A DNA stretch of 64,000 bases, taken from contig CM059425.1 in assembly GCA_030390025.1 (NCBI GenBank), positions 161,946,001 to 162,010,000 of the forward strand, read 5' to 3'. A program made the position numbers and the translations under genes. Numbering within the stretch: position 1 is the first letter of the stretch; each line of letters begins with the position of its first letter. This DNA comes from Squalus acanthias. Lineage: Eukaryota. This document shows, one piece after another, positions 48,385 to 60,149 of the stretch. The notes under the pieces are model-generated. The model made no database searches, was not told the origin of the DNA, and was given only the letters and a program-made list of their open reading frames with translations.

Positions 48385-49289
48385 TCTCCTCCGCTCCCTC
48401 CGCGACACCCTTGTCCACTCCTCTACCACCCCCAGCACCCCTTCCCCTTCACCCGGCACCTTCCCGTGCAAGCGCAGGAGATGCAACACATTCCCTTATA
48501 CCTCCCCTCTTCCCACTGTCCAGGGCCCCAAACACCCCTTCCAGGTGAAACAGCGATTTACTTGTACTTCCTGCAATTTAGTATACTGTATTCGCTGCTC
48601 ACGATGTGGTCTCCTCTACATTGGGGAGACCAAACGCAGATTGGGTGACCGCTTTACGGAACACCTCCGTTCAGTCCGTAAGGGGGACCCCAAGCTCCCG
48701 GTGGCCTGTCACTTTAATTCTCCGCTCCACTCCCACTCTGACCTCACCGTCCTCGGCCTATTACACTGTTCCACAGAAGCTCAGCGTAAGCTCGAGGAAC
48801 AGCACCTCATCTTTCGTTTAGGCACCCTACAGCCCTCTGGACTCAACATCGAGTTCAACAATTTTAGATCATAACCTCGGCCCCTATCACATTTATATTT
48901 TATTTTTTCATCCACCCTTTTGTTTGGCCCTCCCTTTTTTTTTCCCTCCCAGAAGCTGGCAACTGTCCTTCATTCTGCCAGTGCATTTCACACTTCATTT
49001 AGCCTCAACCTGTCACGTTAACACCTCCTCTTGCTTTGATTATCTCTTAATGTCTCTCAATGTCTCTTAATCTCTCCTTTTCCTCTTTCATTCCCTCCCC
49101 CTTTTCCCAGCTTTATACTTCCTTTAAATCTATTTCATTTCCTGCTTTTTTCCAGTTCTGACGAAAGGTCTTCGACCTGAAATGTTAACTCTGTTTCACT
49201 CTCCACGGATGCTGCCTGGCCTGCTGAGTTTTTCCAGCGTTTACTGTTGTTATTTCGGATTTCCAGCATCCGCAGTATTTTGCTATCGT
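48385..49289 (+). mobile_element. 5'-truncated Penelope-like element (Neptune-type), GIY-YIG endonuclease plus 3' end
   Basis: CKRRRCN...FTCTSCNLVYCIRCSRCGLLYIGETKRRLGDRFTEH...GLN; 11-bp TSD AGGAATGTATA (48374-48384 / 49290-49300). Confidence 0.92.
49154..49190 (+). ncRNA. Minimal type I hammerhead ribozyme motif
   Basis: AGTT-CTGACGA-A-AGGTC(TTC)GACCT-GAAA-TGTT-AACT: conserved core, stem II, helix I AGTT/AACT and a loopless helix III (ATGT, probably decayed from ACGT). Confidence 0.78.
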
Positions 49290-50462
49290 AGGAATGTATA
49301 ACTGTTGCAATTCATGCATTCGTTCCTTAAATGTTAGCCATTGCCTATCCACCGTCATGCCTTTTAATGAAGCTCCCCAATCTATCATAGCCAACTCACT
49401 CCTCATACCTTCGTAGTTTCCTTTGTTTAGATTTAGGACCCTAGTTTCGGATTGGACTACTTCACTTTCCATCTTAAATGAAGAATTCTATCATGTTATG
49501 GTCACTCTTCCCTAAAGGACCCCACACAACAAGATTATTAATTAACCCCTTCTCATTGCGCAATACCCAATCTAGGATAGCCTGTTCCCTAGTTGGCTCC
49601 TCAACGTACTGGTTTAAAAAACCATCTCGTACACACTCCAAGAATTCATCCTTCACAGTGTTATTGCTAATTTGGTTTGGCCAGTCTATATGTAGATTAA
49701 AGTCACCCATGATTACTGTAGTACCCTTGTTACATGCATCTCTAATTTCCTGTTTGATGCCATCCCCTACATTACCACTACTTTTTTGCTATATAGTTGA
49801 TTTTATAGTTAATAAATCACTTCAGTAAATAGAAATAGTTTTACATATTGGTACATTGACCATAAGCAAGACCTGATTTTAACAGAGCTCCAATTAAATG
49901 GTCAATGGCACTTTGCACAATAACTATTCGTAACAGTCGTGCTGCCAAGGATGAAACAGCTTTAAACTGACGTTAGTCCATTTTCTTTGAATATAAGAAT
50001 TAAAATTACATATCGTTACTTTCTAAGATGAACATAAATAAAATCTCAAATGTGACCCAAAAAACTACTATCTAACATTAGATTACAATTGGGCTTCAAA
50101 AAGTCGGGTTTCTAGAAGATTGATCTTTGGGTGAATTGTTACGCTCATTGAGGCAAAGGATGTTAGCTAAGCAGAATAGACTATGTTTTTTTTTACCCAC
50201 TGTCCAACAACATGTTTTAAACCCAAATTAAAAGAGGAATTCATACAGTATCAGTGTGGATTCCTGCCCAAAAGAAACCTTACTTGGGATCATGGGATGG
50301 GCAAAGATAGGAGACTGCGATCAAACGCATGGCTCAGAGGTGAAAGGATGGTGCTAATCCACCGAGCTCCCAAAGCTTTCACATGTTTATTTCACACACC
50401 ATAAAGGAAAATGTCCTGTTTGCTATTTATAGGGATATGCTAAATGCTCTTTACACATTTTT

Positions 50463-50653
50463 TGTCCGGAATTCGCGGTCCCGGTGACGGCAAACTGGCA
50501 GCGTTCGCCTTCACTCCGCCTTTAAAACTGACCGCAACTTCAGGATTTAGCGCATGCGCAGCCTAATGCAGAAATCCTGAAGTTGCGGTCTGTCATTCAC
50601 TGCTCTTCCATAGGCTGCGCCTTTGCTTCACCGTAAACCGCAAATTCCGGGCC
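50463..50653. mobile_element. Short Harbinger-type MITE
   Basis: TIR CCGGAATTCGCGG / CCGCAAATTCCGG and internal palindrome ACCGCAACTTCAGGATTT...AAATCCTGAAGTTGCGGT. Confidence 0.75.
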
Positions 50654-50822
50654 GATGATTTTGCTCCAATTAGTGAATGGAGGAAATCTTCACCCTTTGT
50701 TCTGGAATTCGCTGCAGCAAAGTTTTGTGTCACTTATGGCTGTTCACATTCAAACTCGTAATAAAAGCGATTGAGGCCCTTTGGGTATTGGTCTGAGCTC
50801 TGCGACATTTACAAAACTCAAG

Positions 50823-53329
50823 GGGGGTTAAATTGGATAACCCCTAAAATGAAAGGATCTCAACGCATGATTAACCCGCTTGAAATTCAGGCAGGATGTC
50901 AACTTCATGCTGCCTGCTCATTACCATGATTTCTGCATGCAGCCAGCACTCCCCGCGCTGCTCATTGGCTGCACGCATCAGCAGGGGGCCCAATATCGTT
51001 ACTGTCTAGGACTACTTAAAACTAGCCTGCACTACTTAAAGCTAGCCTGCACATCTTAAAGGGAATGTGCATTGTGGCTACTGGAGTTGCTGAGATCATT
51101 GGGAATAGTGTGCTATGCAACAATCAACAATGGCTGACCATGGTAGAGTGGGCACCAAGGTTTTTGGACGCTGCACTGGAGGTCTTGGTTGAAGAGGTGG
51201 AATGGAGGAGAGATGTCTGGTATCCTCAGGGGGGCAGGAAGCTCTCAAGGCACTTAATCAGAAGGAAGTGGGAATAGATAGCCGTGGAGGTCAATGCCAG
51301 GAGTATAGCTCCAAGAACATGGATGCAGTGCAGGAAGAAGTTTAATGATCTCACACGAGTGATCATGGTCAGTGAATGAATCTTCAAATGCCACATCCTA
51401 CCAACTGCACCACTAACCTCAGTCACTGCTCAATTCACCACACCTCCATTACTCACCTACCAACAATCTCTATCAATCAAACTCATACCTAACATTCATA
51501 TGCTTCACCTCACCCTCACACACTGCTGCAAGCCACACACCCACATCTCACAGCTTGTACAGACTGCCAGCTATTCAATCATGACAGCCACATCACCCAC
51601 GCAGATTGCACCAAACTCAATGACACACTTCCCTCTCTCTTGCAGGAGAAGGTGGTGCACAACTGGAGGCAGCAAGAGCTAACTGGAAGGGGAGAGGTGC
51701 ATCTTCATGTACTAACCCCATTATGGGAAGGGCCATTGTGAGACTGTGGCCACCGACGGGGCTGAAGCCATTGAAGATGAAGGTATCCTCATACCTAATC
51801 CTCCTTCTCACATCCTACTTTCCCCTCATCGCACAATTTCTTCTGACAGAGAAGCTGCTGATGGTGTAAGCATGCACTTCTTACTTTCTCCTCTCCCCTC
51901 CCAACAACCCTACCTTGTCCCTTTTTCCCTTGATGCCCAAAAACTGCAACCTGCCCAGTCAGTGGAGGAAGAGCAAGAAGACCGTGAAGATGAAGACACA
52001 CAGTCACTCTATTTCACTGTCGCAGTGCATAATTTAGAGGATAGCATAGAGACGGAATCTGCACATGGTAAGATACCAGGCACAAGAGCGCTGCAGCCAG
52101 GGCAGGGGAAAAGGATAGCGCAGGTGCCAGCTCATCGGAGGGCAAGATTGCATACTAGTTCTGCTGCAGAGGACTCAGACTTCAGTGGACCAGGCTACAG
52201 AAGAAGGCTGAAATAAAAACAGAAAATGCTGGAAATACTCAGCAGGTTAGACAGCATCTGTGGAGAGAGAAACAGTTAACATTTCAGGTCGATGATCTTT
52301 CGTCAGAAGAAGGCTGATGGTGTACACACCCAAATGCTTGGTGCATTGGAAAGCTTGCCAGAAAGCCAGCATTCAATATCAATGAGCATGGAGGAGTTCG
52401 GCACTAACTTGGCACAGTGCTTTGCGCAGAGCTTGGCGCCCATCCTTTCCAACATGCAACGGGTGGCTACCTCCAGCGGCACACCTGTGGAACAAACCAT
52501 GATGCAGCGTCTGACGGCCGATGTCTCGGCTTCCATTGCAGCACAAGCAGCATCCACCCAATGTCTGAGTGCTGCCTTGGAAGCTCAGACTGCTGCTGTC
52601 ATGGCTCTGGATACCAGTGTGCAAAGGGGCTTCCAGGGCATCACAACACTCCAGCAATCTATTCTCCAACAGATCTGCTCCCTAAAGACCCTCTGCAGAT
52701 ATGATTTCCTGCTGAGAGCCCTTCTCCCCCTCCTCGTCCTCCCACTTCTAGCAACTTTTCCAGCTCTGCGTGCCTCTGCTCATTCTCCCAGTCATGCTCA
52801 ATGCCAAGAGGAAGCCCTACTAGGCCACCCATGTCTGGAAGCAACTGGTCTGTGCAGAAGCCTTTAAGTCACCAAAGAAGTACTTCAGCCCCTGCCATAC
52901 CTCTTCCTGTACATTATTGAAACTTTAACCAATTATAGAAAGCACCAAAAACTCGTAGGATTGCAGCAACAGCCAGAAGAAAGAAACCAGCAACTCATCT
53001 GTAAGTAGTTGATGATCCTTTTAAATAGTGCTGGTGGGGGGTCCTTCATGTCGCTTAACATTGTGTTCATCTGTGCGAGGTTCAGAGAGGGCGTAGGCTG
53101 GAACTCCAAAATGGCAGCGCTGCCATCAAATCAGCGTTACACGCTGATTGACGTCATGATCTGCCTGCTCTGCATGTACATTAGGTGCACGCGCTAATCC
53201 CTTTACAAATATGGTGTCCGATGCACTTCCTATCAGAAGTGTGCGCGCATGCCGCAGACGCCATTTTGGACGCTTACGGGGCCTCATAGCGCCCTAAAAA
53301 CGGGTGCTTCCGAGCCCAATTCCACCCCC
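50823..53329. mobile_element. Harbinger deletion derivative (copy H3, same family as H1): Myb gene largely retained, most of the transposase lost
   Basis: [17 protein letters not shown] / CCAATTCCACCCCC; TSD AAG; colinear with H1 except that H1 ~8645-10430 is missing at ~52675. Confidence 0.9.
52212..52303 (-). mobile_element. 92-bp Penelope-like terminal fragment with hammerhead core
   Basis: 14-bp TSD CAGAAGAAGGCTGA (52198-52211 / 52304-52317); empty site in H1 near 8064; minus strand reads CTGACGAAAGATCATCGACCTGAAATGTTAACT. Confidence 0.88.
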
Positions 53330-54149
53330 AAGGTTTTGGACCTTTCAAATGCATAATGCAGACAAAAATCTAGTATGCCTATGTGGCAACTGGGACTCTC
53401 AGCAAAGGGTCAGAACTATCATGTTCAAAAATAATAAAACCCTGAGCAACTTTAACAATCACAAAATTTGAATATACTTCCCTAAATGCTGTACTCATTT
53501 TACAAAGAACATGATCAAATTCTTAACTCTAATTATTCACTGAACACTCAGTTCAAAACAATATGGAAATTCAGCAGAAGTCAAATTTTTAATGAAAAAA
53601 GCTAAAGCTGATACACTGGATGCCAACTTCACTGTAACTGCACTGTCTAGTGCATAATGTTGAATCTTAATAAATTAATACAAAAATTTGCTAATAAGCA
53701 TTCTATTATTTTTATTCATTTAGACCTACAATTATTCAGATTTCCTAGCATTTCTTCTCAAAATTTTCTATCATTATCCAGTTTCCATAATATTTCTATT
53801 CACCAGATGGTAGCTTGAAAGGGGTTGCGGTATAAAATTTATGAATTTTTTTGATTAACATACCGTTACTTAATTAGGGCCCTGTTACTTGTCAGAGTTA
53901 TTTGAAGCAGACATTATAAATGGGTTCAAGAAAGCAATTAGATTTATTTCTGGATGTGGGGTTGAGAACCATCAAAAAGGGACAGAGTAGATCCTCCAAT
54001 GTCTCAGTTGGTAAAGATCAGAAAGAACTTGTAGCAACCATCACAACCTCAGGATGTTCCAAAGCGCTTCGCAGCCAATGAGGTACTTGTGAAGTATAAT
54101 CAGGCAGGCAAATGTGGCACCCAAGTCACTGCCCTTTCCAATAGCCATG

Positions 54150-54320
54150 CTATATTCCAGGATGGAGTGATGAGCTGAAAGCCTGCTATCTTTGATGGCT
54201 ATTAAGGATCATCAGTAGAATGAGTATAGGTGGTCTCAGATTAGATCCCAGTGGACATCAAAACTAAAACACACCGGCTCTAAAATTTCGCCTTAATTAG
54301 TTATCTTGCCATAAGAATTG
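54150..54320 (+). mobile_element. LF-SINE-like relic
   Basis: tgatggct...aatgagtataggtggtctcagattagatcccagtggaca resembles my recollection of the LF-SINE core (TGATGGCT...AATGAGTTGGTGGTCTCAGTCCAGTTCCTAGTGGACA). Confidence 0.5.
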
Positions 54321-54424
54321 AAAATGTGGAAAATTGAAGATACTCTTCTGGGATTAGGATTTGAGACAAGGGGAGTACAGACAATTTCCTTGTATTACAT
54401 CTAGAATATACTATGCCTCAACAC

Positions 54425-55040
54425 GTCAGGTTTCACGTGTACGCCGATGACACCCAGCTCTAACTCAACACCACCTCTTGACCCCACCACTGTCTCTGAT
54501 TTGTCATGCTGCTTGTCTGACATCCAGTACTAGATGAGCAGAAATTTCCTCTAACTAAATGTTGGGAAGACAGAAGCCATTGTCTTCAGTCTCCACCACA
54601 AACTCTGTTCCCTAGCCACCAACTCCATCCCATTCCCTGGCCACTGTCAGAGCTGAACCAGACTGTTCACAACCTTGGCATCCGATTTGACCCGGAGATG
54701 AGCTTCTGACCACATATCCGCTCCATCACCAAAACCGTCTACTTCCACCTCCGTAATATCGCCCGTGTCCGACCCTGCCTCAGCTCATCTGCTGCTGAAA
54801 CCCTCATCCATGCCTTTGTTACCTCTAGACTCGACTATTCCAAAGCTCTCCTGGCCGGTCTCTCATTTTCCACCCTGCTTAAACTTGAGCTCATCCAAAA
54901 CTCTGCTGCCCATATCCTAATTCACACCAAGTCCCGTTCACCTATTACCCGTGTTCGCTGACCTACATTGGTTCCTGGTCCGGCAACATCTCGATTTTAA
55001 AATTCTCATCCTTGTTTTCAAATTCCTCCATGGCCTCAAC
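54425..55040 (+). mobile_element. L2 LINE fragment (RT C-terminal region)
   Basis: YADDTQL, LNVGKTE and AETLIHAFVTSRLDYS translations; overlaps in sequence with 31490-31780. Confidence 0.9.
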
Positions 55041-58000
55041 CCATGTTTGCATGCATTTGTTAAATTATAATAGAACTAATAATAATAGAAATAATAGTGA
55101 CGCACACTTAAACCGAATGTAAACGTACACAAGCTTAAAATGAGTCCATCTCCTAATAAGTGTTTTTAAATTAATTTGCCTCACGCATAACCATTTAATT
55201 TGAATTATGAACTGCATTTTTATTTTTGGACATAGGCACTACACTGGGTCTTCAAATTTAGCACCAAAAGTAGCCCAGTGTAAAGAGAATAGACTGATGG
55301 ACTACAAAGATGTGTCCACTTATCTACATAAGTGTATTCATGAGAAATGATGGCAGATCCAAAGATCTGCTCACATCCTCCCCAGATTGAAAGGGTGATC
55401 TTTCAAGGTGAATGTACTACAAAAATAAAGATAGCGTACAGGGGAACAAAAAAAGAGTAATAAAAAAAGAAAAAATTATAAGTGCTTCCAATATTTGCCA
55501 ATAGTAATTTTGCAACTACAATAGCAAGTAAAAAAGGTTTTTTTTTATATTAGAGCAGGATTTTAAATATCCAAATTTTCCTTTGTTTGTTAAATGCTAG
55601 CTCAACAATTCTGAAAGGACACCATGTCTTGTTTTAGAAACAGAAGGGTGGTACAAACTATGTCATTTATCAGGGATCTTTCAGGCTGACATTGAAAAAG
55701 TTGAGGCCTCTGACCAATCAGTACATCACGTCAGCACCTGAATCGTATCCTTTTCTGTCTATCACTTTGCAGGTGAAGCAGATGATTGTATTCAGTCACA
55801 GCAATGATTAATGAGTTCCTCTGTAGATTTGGGACAGCCTATCAATCATGTCATTAGAGAGAATGTGCCCTGAAAGAGGCAGTCCTCAGCCAAGGAATAA
55901 CTGCATTCATCTTAATCTATGTATGCATCCAGCCAGCCAAGTCAGGGTCACTATGATGGAAAACAATAATCTTTTCTTGGACAAATTACTTTGCAAAGTC
56001 AGGCATTTCTTCAGATTCTGAACTGCATATTTATTTTAGGATACTGACTGATGGTTTACCACTGAGACAATACTTCAGACTGAAAGTTATTTTAATGAAC
56101 AATAATGTTACCACAAAGTATACACAGGCAGGTGATGCATACTACTGCCACTTTCTCTAATGCTTAACACACTGCACTTTTTGAATATAGAAGTGAAGCT
56201 TTTCCATGCTATAAAGCAACTACGCTTTACATTTCAGATATGTATATGAGGAAGATTGGTAGGACTGGTTATGAATAATCCAGTATATAAACAACCCAAA
56301 CATATTTAAGCAATTTGTTTATGGCTTGATTTGTTGAATAGTAAAACATCTTCTATGTGAATCTAGCGTGCATTTTTTCTGTCACATTCTGTAACATTTC
56401 AACATTACAAGTGCATATATAAAATTGTCTTGCAGTTGGTTGGCTCAACTTTTGTATTCATAAACAGCAATAATTCAGGACGAAACAGGTATGTAACATA
56501 TGAATTAAACATGACAAAAGTAGGTAGATTAAGTTCTATTAAGGACACATGAAAACAATGAGTTAAGCAAACAGTCAACAACAGATACCAATAAAAGGAG
56601 ATGCTAAAACACTAAAACCACTCCAAAAACTTCTTGAAAATCTTTTGAGTTCTCCACTGACCTGAGGACTTACTACTGAATATAGGATATTTGTCTCATT
56701 ATGCATCTGTGAAGCGCCTTGGGATGGTTTTTAACGTTAAAGGTGCTATATAAAAACAATTTGTTGTTGTTTATTTTCTGTGTTTGAAATGTCTGTGGTA
56801 TTGTTTTCGGTCAAAGGTCTGTGCCTAAGTGAGAAGCATGAGCCTTGAGTTAATGCAAGTTTCCAGATCCAGATTATTCGCTAGAGACTCAAGCCAGCAC
56901 GTTATAGCTCTTAGCATGCACTATTGTGGAACTTCTAGAATTTATGATGAATAACAGGCATTTCATGTTTTGTCACACTTTGGGTATCACACTATGAGTA
57001 CCATGCCCGTATGTGTACAAATTTCTGTGTCACACTCACAATAGACTAGGTAGGGATCATTTCAATCACTGAAATGTAAGCAGGAATTTTAACTACCAAT
57101 CATGATGTTCAAAAAAGTACAAATCAGTAAGGCACACAGTAACAGCTACCAATAAAAGAAATGAAAAGGCGAACTAATTAAACCCTTTTGGCCAGAATCT
57201 AACCTGAACACATTATTGGAAATCAGATTTGTAACAATAATAGACATTAAAATTACAGATATTTAGAAGAAAATTATTAAACTTACCTTATATCATAGCA
57301 TTTTCTATGTTAAAAATGCCTCAAATAGTGTTTCCATTGAAGGCATGTACTTGAACCTGGAGTTCATTTAGGTTTCCAAACCTATAACTGTTAGCTGAAA
57401 AGACTCAAGCTAATAAACTACAACATGCGCCTGTGATACAACTTCTCAATTACTCGTATGTACAACTTCTAGAAATTATTAGGATTGTCAGCAAGTCTGG
57501 CCATTAACAGAGCGTGTCTGTACTTGCTGTTTGTAACCCCAAACCCCTTCAATGGAAAATTACTGAGAAGGAAAACCCCCATGGAAATCATTTTAAGGAG
57601 TAACCAGAATTTGTGTTCTTTTAATGAAACATTTACATCTTCAAATTTTCTGACGTAATTTTGAAAGTAAAATTCGGCATACGAGATACTAGCTGAAGTC
57701 CCGCAACTACAGTTAGCAAGTACTGTAAGAGAAATGAACAGACACAGCTGAGCAAAAAAATGGTGATTGAGGATAGACTCTGAGCAGATCTTCAGATTTT
57801 GTAATATATTCTAAATGATTACAGCAGTGACATTTTTATGTTTATATGAACATTTGCTGTATTTCTTTTGAGTCCGAATATATAAACAGTAGCCAGAAGA
57901 CTGCACCATTATTTCAGTTTGTAGGGAGTTTTAAACAAAAGTCTTGTATTTACATTTGAAGTTTATTTTGGTAACACTAAATACTGTTTCAGAGATATTT

Positions 58001-58526
58001 GGTCAAAAAAGAAAAAGCAAAAATTGGTTTTCTTAAATTTTATATATATTTTTTTTAGCTTTCCCCCCCCCCCCCCCATTAAGACAGAAAATCTTTAACT
58101 GTTGATATTTCTAAACGTTAAACAAATTGTAAGATGGCAAATAAAAATTGATGAAAACTAGCACTTCATCTTATATATTTTGAAACAATGATGCCTAAAT
58201 ATCCACATAAATGTGGAATAAATGTATTTGCCAGTCACTAAAGGAGAACAAATGGATGGTTTGAGATTATACTTGAAACAAACATGGCTTAAATCATGAC
58301 TGCTGAATATGGATTTACCAAAATAACTTTTCCTCAGTCCAGGTATATTTTGGAATTATATTGACTTGTAACACTTTTTCAAGTCTGCACCCTGTAGCTT
58401 AAATTACAATTTGCTCAACAAATCAAAATTTTAATATACTGAATTGCATTGACAAATAAACTATTCACAAGTATATAATTTTGAACAATATTTAAATGCA
58501 GAATATTACAATTAATTGTCACTTAC

Positions 58527-58932
58527 TTTTCTGTACACAATTTTCTTGCTTTTTGTAGTTGGGCTTCAATCCATTTAGGTCTTTGCTTTTCCAGACAATT
58601 GATGACCTTCTGTATTATTGGTGTGGGACTTTCCTTTTCCTGTCCCATAATGCTCTGCAGACATTCACTCAGCAAACCCAGTTTATCTTTACTCCATCTA
58701 TCTATTGTAACACTTGTCAAAAACTCTATGACATTTCCATCTTCTAGTGTTTGACAAATAATCATAATAACATACCAAAGAAGGCATGACTTTCTGAGTT
58801 CAGGAATATTGTTACGAAGTTTTTTTTCTGCCAAGTTGAAGAGGTATTTAATTGTTGAAGGCAATGAAGCAATTGCTGCAGGCAGGTTACCAATTACAAC
58901 TGAAACAGCTTGAGCTACAAGTATTGTGAAAT
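58527..58932 (-). CDS. KIAA0825: KIAA0825 orthologue, internal coding exon (406 bp)
   Basis: Acceptor ttttcctttcAG (58934-58933), donor GTAAGT (58526-58521). Encodes ...FTILVAQAV...IIQKVINCLEKQRPKWIEAQLQKARKLCTE, resembling the human KIAA0825 segment as I recall it (QKPNWIERQLLKARKLSTE). Ends in phase 2, matching the next exon. Confidence 0.9.
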
Positions 58933-59082
58933 CTGAAAGGAAAATATTAATGATCATAATTAGCATTATTACTCTTAACATCTCTTGCAGGACTATGTCT
59001 CTATATACCTACAGTAAATTAATATTTTCAGTATATTTATAAAGTTTTATCAGTGTAATTTTCTGTAATATTCCTGTAATGT

Positions 59083-59315
59083 TGCCTAGGCCCTAAACTC
59101 TGGAATTCCCTGCCTAAAACCTCTCTGCCTCTCTAACTCTCTTTCCTCCTTTAAGATGCTCCTTAAAACCTACCTCTGACCTAGCTTTTGGTCATCTGCT
59201 CTAATTTCTCTTTATGTGGCTCGGTGTCAAGTTTTTTGTCTTATAATGCTCCTGTGAAGCGCCTTGGAATGTTTTACTACATTAAAGGCACTATATAAAT
59301 ATAAGTTGTTGTTGT
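59083..59315 (+). mobile_element. L2 3' tail
   Basis: Matches ~31905-32110 and ends in (GTT)n. Confidence 0.85.
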
Positions 59316-59320
59316 AATAT

Positions 59321-59933
59321 GGGCCCTAATTTTATTGTGGGGCAGGATCGTTCTGTGCGAGGGACCTGGGCAAGTAACAAGCTGACATATCAAGGCCCGT
59401 AAGATTTTAACTCCAGGGCTTAATTTCTATATCCAGGCACTGGCTACTGCCTGAACCCGGCAGAAGTTACTGCCTGGCCGGCTGGGGGGGCGGGGGGCGA
59501 AGATTCAGGTGGCAGGAGGTCACTGCCATGGACCCGCGGGAATTGGGGGAGGGGAAGCCCAGGTACAAGACAGGCCCAAGCTTTCCTTGTGCGCCCCACA
59601 AAGAAACCTAAAAAATCTTTTTAAAAACTTACCTGCCTGGGTTTCTTCAGGTCCTCGATCCAGCTTCCAGCAGGTTTGGCCTACTAGGGAAACTGTCACT
59701 GTTCCCCTGCTCACGCCTCCAGTTAAAATAGCATATCACGCCCTGATGATATCAGTGGAGCCTGATCTACATATTTAATGAGGACCCCGTCGGTTTGGGG
59801 CAGTTCTCCTTGTCGCCTGCAATTTAAAATGTGGTCAGATCGGGGCGGGAAAGGAGTGGGCAAGTCCTCCACTCCATTTTAACTGCCTGTCAGCCTGCTT
59901 TCCGCCAGGCGTGGGGAGTTAAAATCGGGACCA
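59321..59933. mobile_element. Degenerate Harbinger-type MITE
   Basis: GGGCCCTAATTTT / AAAATCGGGACC termini, GC-rich interior. Confidence 0.55.
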
Positions 59934-60149
59934 TTATTTCGGTTGAGGTTGTTGATTGATAAGTGAAACCAAAATGGCTGAGTATTGTATCAAAATCGCC
60001 CTGATATAAGTTTTCCTGAACTAAAAATCTTTCAGTATATGTTATTACCCAATCTTCAATGTTGATGCCATCTGCATCTGATATATGCTAATATTTCCAG
60101 AATATAAGCAGTCTTTTGGGAAATCTATCATATCCAGAGGAAAGCACAG

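Larger units (their letters stand above)
46305..49788 (-). mobile_element. 5'-truncated CR1 LINE with a long open RT segment, interrupted by a Penelope-like element
   Basis: 529-aa ORF 46393-47982 (catalytic motif reads FVDD); APE fragments to ~49710; CR1 3' UTR. Confidence 0.95.

Noticed and set aside
52292..52867. 191-aa ORF as a new chimeric gene
   Set aside because: It reads across the Penelope insert end, Myb exon 3 and the antisense transposase remnant; no support for expression.
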